Shown here in pieces: positions 1 through 11,928 of a stretch of 64,000 bases of DNA; the first letter of the stretch is position 1, and each line of letters opens with the position of its first letter. The notes beneath the pieces are model-generated. The model did no database searches. It was given only the letters and a program-made list of their open reading frames with translations, and was not told the DNA's origin. The stretch spans positions 31,124,001-31,188,000 of the forward strand of contig NC_043003.1 in the NCBI RefSeq assembly GCF_006345805.1. Reading direction: 5' to 3'. The translations under genes and the position numbers were made by a program. The stretch is from Octopus sinensis. Lineage: Eukaryota.

Positions 1-1022
1 TACCGCTTTTATACGATTAGGCATTGAATCAACTAGTTTCTTGCAGGTGCTAGGCACAATTTTACTCCATTCTTCTCTCAACTTTTGTTACAAATGCTCT
101 TTATTTTTAATTGTTGTGTTCCTGATAGCTTCACCAAGAGTTCCCTATAGGTGTTCAATTGGATTTAGATCGGGACCTTGAGCTGGCCAGTCCGTGGAAA
201 CAATACTCTGTCTTAAACCAATTGATGAGTATTCTTTGCTGTATGACATGGAGCGTTGTCCTGTTGAATGATAATACTGTTTTTCGACACTCCTGGATGC
301 AATTTAGCAATTGATGGCTCTAAAACATCTGATAAAGTAGAAACATAACTGAATTTATCCTTCCCTGACGTAAAAACATTTCTCCAGGTCCTGTGACAGA
401 ACATGCAGACCCACACCATGATAGAACTAGACATTCAGCCTTAAATGCTTCCCCAACTCTGCAATGCACGTAAGTTGCACCAGATGTACCGAAAACCTGA
501 GTAAAACATGAAAAATAACATTAGCTTTATGTTGGATACCTTTTTAAATATTTTGGGCAACAAACCAGTTACGTTAAGTTTATATGTTGATTGAATACAT
601 GTACTATCTTACCTCATAGTTATTTTCATCAGACCATATGGCTTTTGACCATTGCTCACTGGCCCAATTTGAGTGGTTTTTGGCCTAGTGAAGACATTTA
701 TCCATATTCACTTCAGAAACCCATGGCTTCTTCCTGGCTTTACAGCGTTTCAAACCGTACTCTACAAGCCTTCTTCTAACAGTTCTGGTTGATATTTGTA
801 TAGTATTTGCCTTGTTGAAGTCTGTACAGAGCTCCAACGATGTTTTTCTTCTGTGTCTGAGCAAATGACAGATGATGGATCTGTCATCACAAGGTGATGT
901 AACCTTTTTTCTGCCTGTTCTTTGCATTGTCTTCACATCTTTTGTCTCTCTGAAGTGCTTGAGAGTCGTTTGCACCCACATCGAGAACATTTGGGGTGGC
1001 TTAATACTTTTGGCCAAGGCTG
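1..1022 (-). mobile_element. Tc1-like DNA transposon remnant (transposase pseudogene, runs off window start)
   Basis: Minus-strand translation gives HTH region (VQTTLKHFRETK...TGRKK...STRTVRRRLVEYGL), WSDE (first Asp), IMVWVC, QQDNAPCHTAK (second Asp), DWPAQGPDLNPIEHL and C-terminal LVDSMPNRIKAV; D-to-E spacing is 34 after repairing two frameshifts. Several stops/frameshifts. End at 1022 reads TA|CAGCCTTGGCCAAAAGTATT, a Tc1-type terminus. Confidence 0.93.
497..612 (-). other. Spliceosomal GT-AG intron (116 nt) inside the Tc1 transposase
   Basis: GAG|GTAAGA donor at 612, TTTTTCATGTTTTACTCAG|G acceptor at 497; removal joins WSDENNYE to VFGTSGATYVH in phase 0, matching the Tc1 WSDESKFELFG pattern. 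Confidence 0.85.
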
Positions 1023-1134
1023 TATATATAATTTTATAAATCTGAAACCTGGACGAAAAGAATTCACTTTAGAGGAATACACAGTCGGTTCGGTATTTCA
1101 TTTACAATCACAGACACATCTTTTATCTTTATCT

Positions 1135-1555
1135 TTTATTTGTTTCAGTCATGACGCCATGGCCATTCTGGGGTACCGTCCTTAGCCGAACTTTAGCTGA
1201 ACAGCTTAGTTCCAGACCTTATTATTCATGCCTGGTGCTTATTCTATCGGTTATTTTGCCGAAATGCTAAGTTACGGGAACGTAAAGTCACCAACAACGG
1301 TTGTCAAGCAGTAATGCAACAGAGACAAAGACACACGCATCCTCCATACATATATACATGTATACATACACACATGCATACATACATACATACATACATA
1401 CATTCATACATACATACATACATACATACGTACATACATACATACAGAGATAGATACATGATGGATTTCTTTCAGGATCCGGCTACCAAATTCACTCACA
1501 AGGATTGAACTATCTGGTTGAGAAGCTAACTTCTTACCACACAGCTATGCCTGCA
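1135..1555 (-). mobile_element. tRNA-derived SINE family A, degenerate copy with internal (CATA)n
   Basis: Similar to full copies at 53827-54225 and 60910-61316 (tail ccagcatggcc...gactgaaaca, head ...ggtaagaagttagc). Confidence 0.7.
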
Positions 1556-2191
1556 CATTAATGAATTAAATTTTAATTTGCATTCATCCAATAAATGTTC
1601 ATACAACCAATAAATGCATTGCATAGTTTTCTGATTGATATAATTTTCTATCCTGATTTTGGGACCCAGTGCATGAATAGATTGCCGTCCCACTTTCTCA
1701 GGTTGTAGATAAAATGTCTACCTCTTTATTAACACAATAATGTGATTTGCTAGGTGGTAATTGCGCAGCTATTTTTAGCAGGTTGATCGACAACATAGAT
1801 GCTTACCTGGTGGCCTACGTCAGGCGATTTTACAGGTACACACCTGGTTATCTCGATAGTTGTCTCTCCTGCCGGAATTTATAAATGATGGATGTGTGTT
1901 CTAGTTCGCGAGTATAGAGTTGTTTACATGAGCACTGGATGCAGGTTTACCAAATTGATCCTGCAGTCCGGTATGGTTAATACTAACAGCAATGTTGCTG
2001 ACACTAGAACAGCAACTGAAGCTCACCCTTAGGGTTTTGTTTATTCAATTACTTACGCAGCTTGTCGATGTCGAGGAAATGTTTTGACATCAAATTTAGA
2101 AAGTTTTAGTAGCCTAGACTACATAAGAGTTAACATTGAGGCTTCAGTTACATTTTTTTGAGCATTTTCTTATAAGATGCATACTTTTTGG

Positions 2192-2385
2192 AAAGAATAC
2201 AAGAAGCAAATAAATCTTATTTGACGTTTATTACCAAACATCTTTATTCATAAGATATTGATTGTCTGAAACGAATCAGAATAATAATATAAACAAGACA
2301 GGATAATAATATATAAACGAAAAGTTAAAGATTGTTATCTAATAATATACCCAATGATTAATGGGGATATATTACAATATTTCCT
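2192..2385 (+). repeat. Diverged ~200-bp direct repeat, copy 1 (copy 2 at 6351-6565)
   Basis: Colinear shared blocks aaagaatac-gaagcaaataaatct-tttattcataaga-tgattgtctgaaa-cagaataataa-ataataatatat-gaaaagttaa-gattaatggg with indels. Confidence 0.8.
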
Positions 2386-2389
2386 GGTT

Positions 2390-5300
2390 TAAGAAAACTC
2401 TACACTATCTTGTTTTTTTCAAAAAGTCTTTCAGGGCGCGTAACGTCGTGGTCAGAATGTCACACTTCATTACTTTTGTATGGAAGGTGAGTTAATTGGC
2501 CATACGGAACACTTTTGTTGGCTTTGCACGAATATAATTAATACTCGATTGAATGACTCGAACATTAATAGCGGAAATAAAATTTAGCGTTGTACTATTA
2601 GCGGGTTCATCAAGAATAGAGGAACTGTCAGCTCGAACTTCAATCTCAACTGGAATTTGTCTATTCGATTCCTGACTATTTGTCAATTCGGTTTACAGTT
2701 GCATCCTTATTTTCAAAGTATGGGGTTAAATAATGAAGCGAAACCGTAGTTTACTGTCAACTGCGAACTAAAGTTCGCCTCTGCGAACTAAAGCGTATTT
2801 ATTGTTTGCTTCAGTTAATTCTCTAGGTTGTGTTAGCGAATTACACTTTGAATTAAGCTCTATTCTTTCCAGAACTACTGCCTTTCCAGAGTAAGTTTGC
2901 TGCTAAGGTAAACATTTCCTGAATATTTTACTTCAATCAAAACTGATGAAAACTTAATGTAGTGTGCTGCAGTTATTAGTGTGTAAAAGAGTACAGATCG
3001 TCAGGTACAACTAATTCCCATTAGATGTTAGGCAAATCGTTTTACGCTGTTAGAAGTCGAACTAGTCTTCAAACGTTACCGTTCATGCGTTCACATTGAC
3101 TCTTCTTTTGTGCATTGTATGATACAAATGGACAAAGTTATTGCTTGAGTACAATCTGTCTGCATCAGAGACTACTGAGCACCAACCTGTGATCAGAACA
3201 GATGAAAATAGGATAACCAGACTGCGAATAGACAAAATGAAAAGGGTGAATAGTCATCGATAATTGTTAATAATGTACATGTTTAATGTTAGCGAAAAAA
3301 CTCGAAATCAATGCTAAGTCTTTCGAAGGACTTAGTTGTTTTATCCAGCTGGTAGCTTGTGTTACTGAAATATTGAGGTTTAATTTGTCAACAGATGTAA
3401 CATTATTACATGTTTATCAACTGGGCTTCTTCAATCGTGTACGGAAGATGGGTCCTCTTTCATAGAATGAGCCAACTTCATTATTGCCATACGTTCTAGC
3501 TGATCATAATATTGTTTCGTCGGTAGTGTAGTAGTGATGGTCGAATACACCTGAGAAAACATATTCGAATCGAAAGAATGCCCCCAACATTTCCTTGCGT
3601 CACTTTGAATTTCATTATTTTTGCTTTTAGATTGTTTACTGGTACCAAGTAAGAAATTCAGTATCTGCACATCGGTCTCAATTGAGCAGAGGTGAAAATT
3701 AATCTTTTATGATTTCCTCTACTTCTTTCTTCGCTGCAGAATTACGAGTTTCTGAATTTGACAAAGTGCAAGAAGAGAAAGCTACCGGCCAGTTGTCTTA
3801 ACTAAATGTTTCATTAATTGGAATGCTTTATCTGCATCGATATTAACCAAAACAAATTCATTTCTGTGATGTAACGAATTACTGATTCGAATACCGTAAA
3901 TCCTCGAGTATAATCCGCATTTTCCCCCAAAATTTAAAGGTCAAAATCCCTAGTGCGTACTATATACGAGGTTAAAAATGATAAATATTTTCTAAGCAAT
4001 GTCCGAGTTTCTATTTGCTGTTCGGCAATGTTTATTCAGACACATTTTGTGATGTCGGGCGCGAAAATACCTTAAGCTAAGCCTGAAAGCAATGAAGTCA
4101 TAAAAAGAATCATCCATAACTTGCAGTAAGCAACATTTATTAAAATAAAAGTATTCCGAACACAGAATAACATGTAACAAAAACAATTTGCAAACATATT
4201 TACATTCCCATATAACAGTTAAGAACATCACCATTATTGTATTGCGCATGCGCAGAAGTATTTGTTCGACTAGGTGTTGCTGGCTTAATTACGCACGACT
4301 CAAGTTAGAGAAGGGGTGCGTATTATACACAAGGTTTAGATTCTTCAGAAGTACAGCCCCCTAAAAATCCCCTGCGTATTATACTCAAGGGCGCTCGATA
4401 CTCGAGGATTTACAGTACCTTTATTTCATGCAATCTAAGAGGAAATCTTTTGCATATTGTTAAAAAACGTTTTGAAAAAATTTAATACAAAAAGCCCAAG
4501 CAAATATCTATTGAGGGTAGTTAAACCATACATTATAGAAATTTCCACTTCGTAGAGAAAACTTTCTATACACTTTGGATCAGGTCGAAGCGATTGGTAA
4601 GAAATTTTATAACCACAAATGGCTAACTTTTGTCGTAAATATACTGCTACTTCTTATAGTTAAACGTAGACCTACCTGACGAGGTACTTCTATTTGTTTA
4701 TCATTGCAACGTTTGTATTCCTCTTGAAAATCTCTAGAAACAGTGATGTTACTTATGGAAGTAAAAGTATTGTCTAATTTGTACTTATCAATGATTTTAT
4801 CAATCAACTCAATGAAAACATGATACTACTTTCGTTACACCAAAACAAAATCTACAGAGATGTTGAAGCTTATCCAAGAATTTTAACCTAGCTTTCATTT
4901 GATGGCATGCAGTCTGAAGAAAGTTTTGAAAATTAAGCGTGGCATTGGGTTCGTTATTAAGTTACCACATTGCTATAACCTACAATTGATCTTCCCATTC
5001 TTGACTGCATGTACCGTGCCTACCGTGCCAAACGACGTGGTTTAAGGACATCGATGTATCGTAATTAACAGACTTCATCTGTATTAAACTGTCGGAACAG
5101 TGTAGAAATAGGTTTTGCAGCATTAAAGTGTACGAACCAGCTTTATTAGCTGATTTTAAAAGACGCTAAATATTATTGATCATAAAATTTTCATTAAGTT
5201 CATTAAATTCGACAAACACTTTTGAATGTCATTGCCAAGAAGATAGCTTTTGTTTTGAAGTTTTATGATATTTGAGCACTTTTATGTATATATCCAATTT

Positions 5301-6200
5301 TAGATTAGGCGGTTATACATTTTTCTTCGTTATTTTCTATATGAAAAAAAGGGGAGGATTTTTTTGTTTCCCATGTGTTCGTCATTATAAGATTGGGTAG
5401 CTTCAGTGTCAAACATAGCAGTTTATCAGTAGATATTGCTTTTATAACATGATTAGAGTCTCCATTTATTCGTGGCATGAACTGTGGCAAAAAATTAGTC
5501 TTACTCGACTGATGAACAGACACCGTGTTCTTGTGAAATATGATCGTAATATTTTCTAGACTTTTGTATTAGCTGTTTTCTTTTCATTGAGTTGCAAACA
5601 TATTCAAAATGCCTCTTTAAATGGCAAACACCAACATTTGGATTGTCTAGCAGATTAGCTCACACTTCCACGATACGAAATACATCTCTATAGAAGCTAC
5701 ATGTGCTTTTATTTTGTAATAAACATTGCTTTTTACTTTGAATAGATGCCAAACAATTTTCATTTAAATCCTTGACTTAAAAAAATTCATTTTCCATAGT
5801 GATTATCAGAGACGTGTGTTTGAATATGAGAACGTTTGAAACTATAACCTGAAGGCCAGGATGTGCAAGTGGTAATACTTCTTTCCGAATGTCATCATTA
5901 GAATTTCTGCAGTAAAAGAATTGCGTACAACCGTCGTTTTTGAACTAAGATTCTACAGCTTGATATTTCAATGGCTCCAGAAAAAGTTACAACGTTTCGA
6001 TTTTAGGCCGATTTTTCGTTTTATCAATAAATTATCATAAGAGATACTGAGCAGCGAGTAAGTTACACGGTCAGCCATTGACTAAGATATCAAGAGTTCA
6101 TTGATAAGCTTCTCAACTATGAATACGACGGAAGATATCATCATAAAAAATAACGATTTATCAGCACCTCTGAAAAGTTGCCATAATAAAACAGATCAGT
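2390..6200 (-). pseudogene. Long decayed intronless ORF of unknown family, interrupted by a MITE
   Basis: Microsatellite-free; minus strand gives long stretches of protein-like translation separated by isolated stops/frameshifts (e.g. RKQLIQKSRKYYDHISQEHG, NHVVWHGRHGTCSQEWEDQL, IDKIIDKYKLDNTF); excising the MITE and one TA restores EIKVFESVIRYITEMNLFW. Confidence 0.55.
3894..4415. mobile_element. Tc1/mariner-superfamily (pogo/Tc2-like) MITE, 522 bp
   Basis: TIRs CCGTAAATCCTCGAGTAT / ATACTCGAGGATTTACAG (17/18 match), TA on both sides (3892-3893, 4416-4417), subterminal TGCGTAYTATA repeats, no transposase. Confidence 0.9.
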
Positions 6201-6350
6201 TTAAATAGCCTTGTGATATCATAGTCCCGTGGTCGTGCTGAAATGTTTTTCTTGCTTTGGCTCGCAAAAGTATAAAATGTTATGAACTGGCATTTAATTT
6301 CCAGCTTGCGCTCACGGAGTGGATTATGGTTGATCGGTAAATTGTCATGA

Positions 6351-6565
6351 AAAGAATACGCGAAGCAAATAAATCTCACTATTTGACTTTTATTACAAAA
6401 CAATCATCGACAACAACTTTATTCATAAGACGGTGATTGTCTGAAAATGAAACCAGAATAATAACAACATAAACAATAAATGATAATAATATATTAAGAA
6501 AAGTTAACGACAGCTATCTCACAATAAACTCGACGATTAATGGGAGTTTTATTACACATCATTTG
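6351..6565 (+). repeat. Diverged ~200-bp direct repeat, copy 2
   Basis: See copy 1 at 2192-2385. Confidence 0.8.
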
Positions 6566-6589
6566 TGCGTGACTGTATATTTATATATA

Positions 6590-6595
6590 TGTGTA

Positions 6596-6633
<38 letters not shown>

Positions 6634-6762
6634 CTAACGGGCCTCCTATATTATTTATACATGTATATATATATATATATTTATGTACATTGTATATATA
6701 TATATTATATATATATATATGTATATACATACACACATGTATATGTACATTATATACATGTT

Positions 6763-6828
<66 letters not shown>

Positions 6829-6853
6829 CGAGAGAGGGAGATCGAGATCGGAC

Positions 6854-6909
<56 letters not shown>

Positions 6910-6930
6910 ACACACACACACACGCACACA
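6590..6930. repeat. Compound (GT)n/(TA)n/(CA)n microsatellite
   Basis: Directly visible. Confidence 0.98.
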
Positions 6931-6949
6931 CGAACGTATATCTTTTTAT

Positions 6950-7190
6950 TTATTTTAGCTATTGGACTGCAGTCATGCTGGGGCACCGCTGTGTAAGGTT
7001 TAGTCGAATAAATCGACCTCCAGACACACACGCGCGCACTCCGTCACATCGATATACATATACAACAGGCTTCTTTCAGTTTCTCTACCAAATCCACTTG
7101 CAAGGCTTTGACCAGCCCAAGACTATAATAGAAGACACCTGCCCAAGGTGCCACGCAGTGAAACTGAACCCGGAACTACATGTTTGTATA
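6950..7190 (-). mobile_element. SINE family A, degenerate/truncated copy
   Basis: gactgcagtcatgctggggcaccgc tail and ggcttctttcagttt...gaacccggaactacatg head segment. Confidence 0.75.
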
Positions 7191-7197
7191 ACTGAGG

Positions 7198-8330
7198 GCA
7201 TATCCTATACAAATAGCAATGGACCTCAGACAGTTCTCTGTGAAATTCCACTCAATATCAACGTTTCCTTTGATAAAGCATCGTTGACCACAACTGTCTA
7301 GCTTAGAAAAAAAAGCCATATAGACCCGCTCTTAGTTTTCCAACTATATCAAGATCATGCAGTTGATGACACAGCATCTGCGGTCAGTTGTAGTCAGCTG
7401 TGGTCAGCTTTGTCGAAGTCCTTTGCCGACATCGAGCTTTTTAACGCCTATAGATAAGTGATTGTTGTTGTTGTTGTTGTTATGCAACAAGACGGGTAAG
7501 GGTGATTAGGTGATGATCTAGAGCTTAGGGGTGGGAGACCCTAGACCTTGGAAAAAAACCTTTGGTCGTCTTGTTGTAGTCGAGGGCTCTTCGTTGACGT
7601 CCGACACCATTGGGAGGTGGCCCTCGAAGTCGCTGGAAATGGAGATCTCCAGGTCTAAATTCTTGAACGCCTACAGATAAGTGAAGGAGCAGCTGCTTCA
7701 GCGCCGTAGTGTTGTAGGAGTTGTATAACGAGGCTTCTTGGGCGAAAGCATGCTGAATGTTAATCAGCAAATGATTTTCTTCTATGAAAGCGATTAGTTT
7801 CCTTCCGATAATTGCTACCATGACGTTGTGAGGTCAGAGTGATAGGTCTATGATTTTTACCATCTGCTCTGTTTCCTTTAACCTTCTTTTAATTTTCCAC
7901 TTGCCAAGAAGCTTCGGAAAACTATCAGGAGTGGCTTAGTTGAAGCCACTCAAGATACTATGGTCTATATTACAGCGTCTTCCTTTATGTCGGTGTAATC
8001 GATAGCTGTCGCATCCATATGTAGAGGTCAGATGTCAAAAAGCTCTGCTGATTTATTTATCTGTAAGTGACCCAATGAAGAGATGAAAACACTTTTGAAC
8101 CGCTTGCTCATGCAGAAGTTCACTTACTGGGGTCTTCAGTTGTCTTTTTGGAACTAGGCTACTAGGGCCTGATTTTTTAGGTAACTTGGTTGATTCTCAA
8201 GAAAATTTTCAGAAAGCATATCCGATACAAATAGCAATGGACCTCAGACAGTTCCTTATGAAATTCCACTCAATATCAATGTTTCCTTTGATAAAGCATC
8301 ATTGACCTCAACCGTGGCAATCTATATATC
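7198..8330 (-). mobile_element. CR1/L2-like LINE reverse-transcriptase fragments (decayed, partly duplicated)
   Basis: [55 protein letters not shown] motifs; the PQG-region ~100 bp occurs twice (7198-7298 and 8216-8320). Confidence 0.8.
7462..7665 (-). mobile_element. 5'-truncated retroelement 3' end with (CAA)n tail inserted into the CR1 fragment
   Basis: Flanked by 19-bp target-site duplication AACGCCTAYAGATAAGTGA (7443-7461, 7666-7684); (CAA)5 tail next to the TSD on minus strand. Confidence 0.75.
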
Positions 8331-9005
8331 TATCTCAATGTGGCAATGATACTTGCTAAGCATAGTATTCCTCTCACACAGTTTGTTTCTGGTAGTTCAC
8401 TTCTTACATTACTTTCTAATTTCCCTGAGTGTCATGATACATCCTGTAAATCTATACTCTTTTTGGTACCCGTGTATATAAGTCTACCTTGATCATTCTT
8501 TCATGTTTGGTACTCAGCTGCGTGAGGTTATTATTTCCTGTTTTATTTGACACTACCCCGTTTCATCTTAATTCCTACCACCTATATGTTATCACGTTTC
8601 TTCTTTCTATACATACAACGACCTATAAACGTACATATGTGTATATGCCTGTATATAATTTCTTCTTTTTTCCTTCTTCGTGTATATTTTTGCATTAGTA
8701 ACAATACATATAATTTTAGTTCACTTGCCTCATTTAAGCTTTTTTATGTATAACTGTTTCTTCTATCAGCCATAACATTTAATTATCTTTTAACATCCGT
8801 CTGCATGTGTATGTATGTTTGTGTGTGTTTACGTATGTACGCGATGTTATACTTTCATTGTAGTAGTGTACTGATGCATTCACTTATAAAGATTTACGTA
8901 TAAATGTGTATATATGTATTTGTATCTGCATTTTTTTAGAGTATATGCGTATGTAGCAAGTATGTATATACTTATTCTTTTGTTTGGCCGTGTGTATATC
9001 TTAGA

Positions 9006-9158
<153 letters not shown>

Positions 9159-9267
9159 TAAATGCGTGTTTTTATGTCGCAATAAAACAATTTTACATTA
9201 AACTGAAGGATTACTCAATATATTTGGTAAAGTACAAATTTATTAATGTTTAACAAGAATAGTATTA

Positions 9268-9328
9268 ACAGTGGAGTCAAAGTTTCGGCCATCTAAGTCA
9301 TAGGTGGCCGAAATTTCGAAGTTACTGT
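9268..9328. repeat. 28-bp imperfect inverted repeat; each arm resembles the 3' half of a hammerhead ribozyme
   Basis: Arms 9268-9295 and 9301-9328; right arm ggccGAAA-tttcgaag-TT-actgt has near-palindromic stem III; no CUGANGA half. Confidence 0.55.
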
Positions 9329-9544
9329 CAATTTTATTCTTTTAAAGCTTACAACATTTTTTTAGCTATAGCAGAAACAGCTGTAAACTAAAGAAGTTCA
9401 TAAAATAATTGGCTTTTCCTTACTCATCTCATTTTGCTATATATATATATATATACACGAGCGCGCACACATGTATGTATGTATGTATGTATGTATGTAT
9501 GTATGTATGTATGTATGTATGCATGTATATATATATATGCTTCG

Positions 9545-9599
<55 letters not shown>

Positions 9600-9615
9600 T
9601 ATATACACACACATA

Positions 9616-9836
9616 CAAGGGGATGCTGAAAAGCTCCTGGCTTTGAGTAAAAGAAAATATCGGTGGATTAGTTAATTATGATTTTATTCAGCATATTCCC
9701 CTCTCAGATCCACGCACTTATTGTCCTTCAGTCTTTCTAATCCCTGTAAAAAAAAAAAAAGAAAACTCGGAAGGTTGGGCCTGCTACCAGGCTTTCGCGA
9801 TGCCCTTAAAGCCAGGAACTTTTCAACAGCTCCTTG
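9616..9836. mobile_element. mariner-like MITE, ~220 bp
   Basis: Imperfect ~29-bp TIRs CAAGGGGATGCTGAAAAGCTCCTGGCTTT / AAAGCCAGGAACTTTTCAACAGCTCCTTG; TA at 9614-9615. Confidence 0.8.
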
Positions 9837-10099
9837 ATTAAATGAAGTTTACATTGTCGTAAGGCGGTACATGTGAATACACGGACGATTCGATCAGAAT
9901 GTGTGAGGATCACGGTTAGAGTGGAGAACAACTTTTTCCTACGCCTCGATCCTTGGATCTTACATTTATATACATGTGCTGCGTGTGTATCCAGCCTTGG
10001 AATATATCCTACTGTAGGATAACATGTGGTAGCCAAAAAGCGACATAATAGTTCTTAAATGCACGTTAAGGGGTTACGAGGTATATACCTGAATTATAC

Positions 10100-10163
<64 letters not shown>

Positions 10164-10355
10164 ACATACATACTATATATATATATATATGTATATATAT
10201 ATACGTACATACATATATACGTACATACATATATATATATATATATATTGTTAAAAAAAACGGTAAGATAACAAAAGAAAGAAAGAGACCTCAATATTAT
10301 GTAACTAGAGGAAATTTATCTGTAAAATAATATGTGACAATTATTCGGTAGCCAA

Positions 10356-10416
10356 GATAAAACTCTGAGTTTCGGATGCTGAGGTGGAAATCCACACCAT
10401 CATCTCTTCGGTTATC
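10356..10416 (-). ncRNA. Type I hammerhead ribozyme motif (U4-to-C variant) in a short PLE-type repeat
   Basis: gataa-CCGAAGA-GATG..GTGG attt CCAC..CATCc-GAAA-ctc a gag-TT-ttatc: 5-bp stem I, bipartite stem II, quasi-palindromic stem III, GUU cleavage triplet. Confidence 0.7.
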
Positions 10417-10833
10417 TGGCCATATATAGTACTTGTTTCAATCACCAGACTGCGGCGTGCTGGGGTAACGCCTTGAAAAATCTTTAGTTGAATGAATCGA
10501 CCCCACTTTTCTTCTTAAGACTGGTACCTATTCTATCGATCTCTTTTGCAGAACCGTCATGAGAGACGTAAGCACACCAACACCGGTTGTAAAGTGGTGG
10601 TGGGAGACAAACGCAGATACAAAGATACACGCTCGCATCTATGTATGTATGTATGTATGTATGTATGTATGTATGTATGTATATATATATATATATATAC
10701 ATACATACTATATATATATATATATATATATATAGTATATATATACGTACATACATATATACGTAATACATACATATAATATATATTATATAATATATAT
10801 ATATATATATAATATATATGTATAATATATATA

Positions 10834-10864
<31 letters not shown>

Positions 10865-11432
10865 CCATATATAATATGTATGTATACAGATATAGGTATA
10901 TATATATGTATGCATATATATGTATACATACATATGTATATATACATACATACACACAACACACACATATATATAGGTAGTTATAAAATCTCAAGAAACA
11001 GAGTAGTAACGTATACTAACAGTATATATATATATATATATATAATATATATATATATAATATATATTATACACAACCATATACATTTGTATACGCGTTG
11101 CAATGTTTGTCACATGTTCACGGCACATTCTCTCTAAACTGCTTGCAGAAATTTAAAACACATCACATGACGTCATCTGGTGTGATCTCTTAAAAATAGT
11201 GTTCCAGAGTGTAGCAGCATGTGTGTCTCTGTCAACAGGCTTTCGTTTTATTATTGTCCTTCCGCACATCATATCGATCTGACTGACTTAGCTGCACATT
11301 AAATATTGCAGCTGCTAATATTTTGTGTCATAGTTAAAGAATTCGATTTGCCATCACGAGACTTGTTTGTTCGGATTTTTTGGAACACACTTTACTTCTA
11401 CCTGCCCCAGAATATTTATTTCTTTATTGTTC

Positions 11433-11638
11433 ACAGGGGGCTAAACGTAGAAGAGACAAACAAGGACAGACAAAGAGATAAAGTCGATTACATCGACCCC
11501 AGTGCGTAACTGGTACTTATTTAATCGACCCCGAAAGGATGAAAGGCAAAGTCGACCCCGGCGGAATTTGAACTCAGAACGTAACGGCAGACGAAATACC
11601 ACGAGGCATTTCGCCCGGCGTGCTAACATTTCTGCCCT
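11433..11638 (-). mobile_element. tRNA-derived SINE family B
   Basis: Matches 43133-43361 and 54799-55009 incl. core gtcgactttgcctttcatcctttcggggtcgat (resembles Nin/Deu-type SINE core, from memory). Confidence 0.9.
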
Positions 11639-11797
11639 AGAATATTATCAGGTTTGTCCGTTGCTAGAAGCAGTTGAGTGTATTACTGGGATTAGACCGG
11701 TGTTTTATAGTTGTTTGTCGTTTAGCATTCCAAACCATTTTTTTTATTACAAAGGTTCACTCAGTATATTTTGCAGACACTCACGAACGCACGCACG

Positions 11798-11860
<63 letters not shown>

Positions 11861-11890
11861 GCACCGCACACACACACACACATACACACA

Positions 11891-11928
<38 letters not shown>

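Noticed and set aside
6030-6150. Frame readable only if TGA=Trp (YDDIFRRIHS*EAYQ*TLDIL)
   Set aside because: TAA/TAG stops are just as frequent elsewhere in the decayed ORF; ordinary decay explains it, no support for a NUMT or alternative code.
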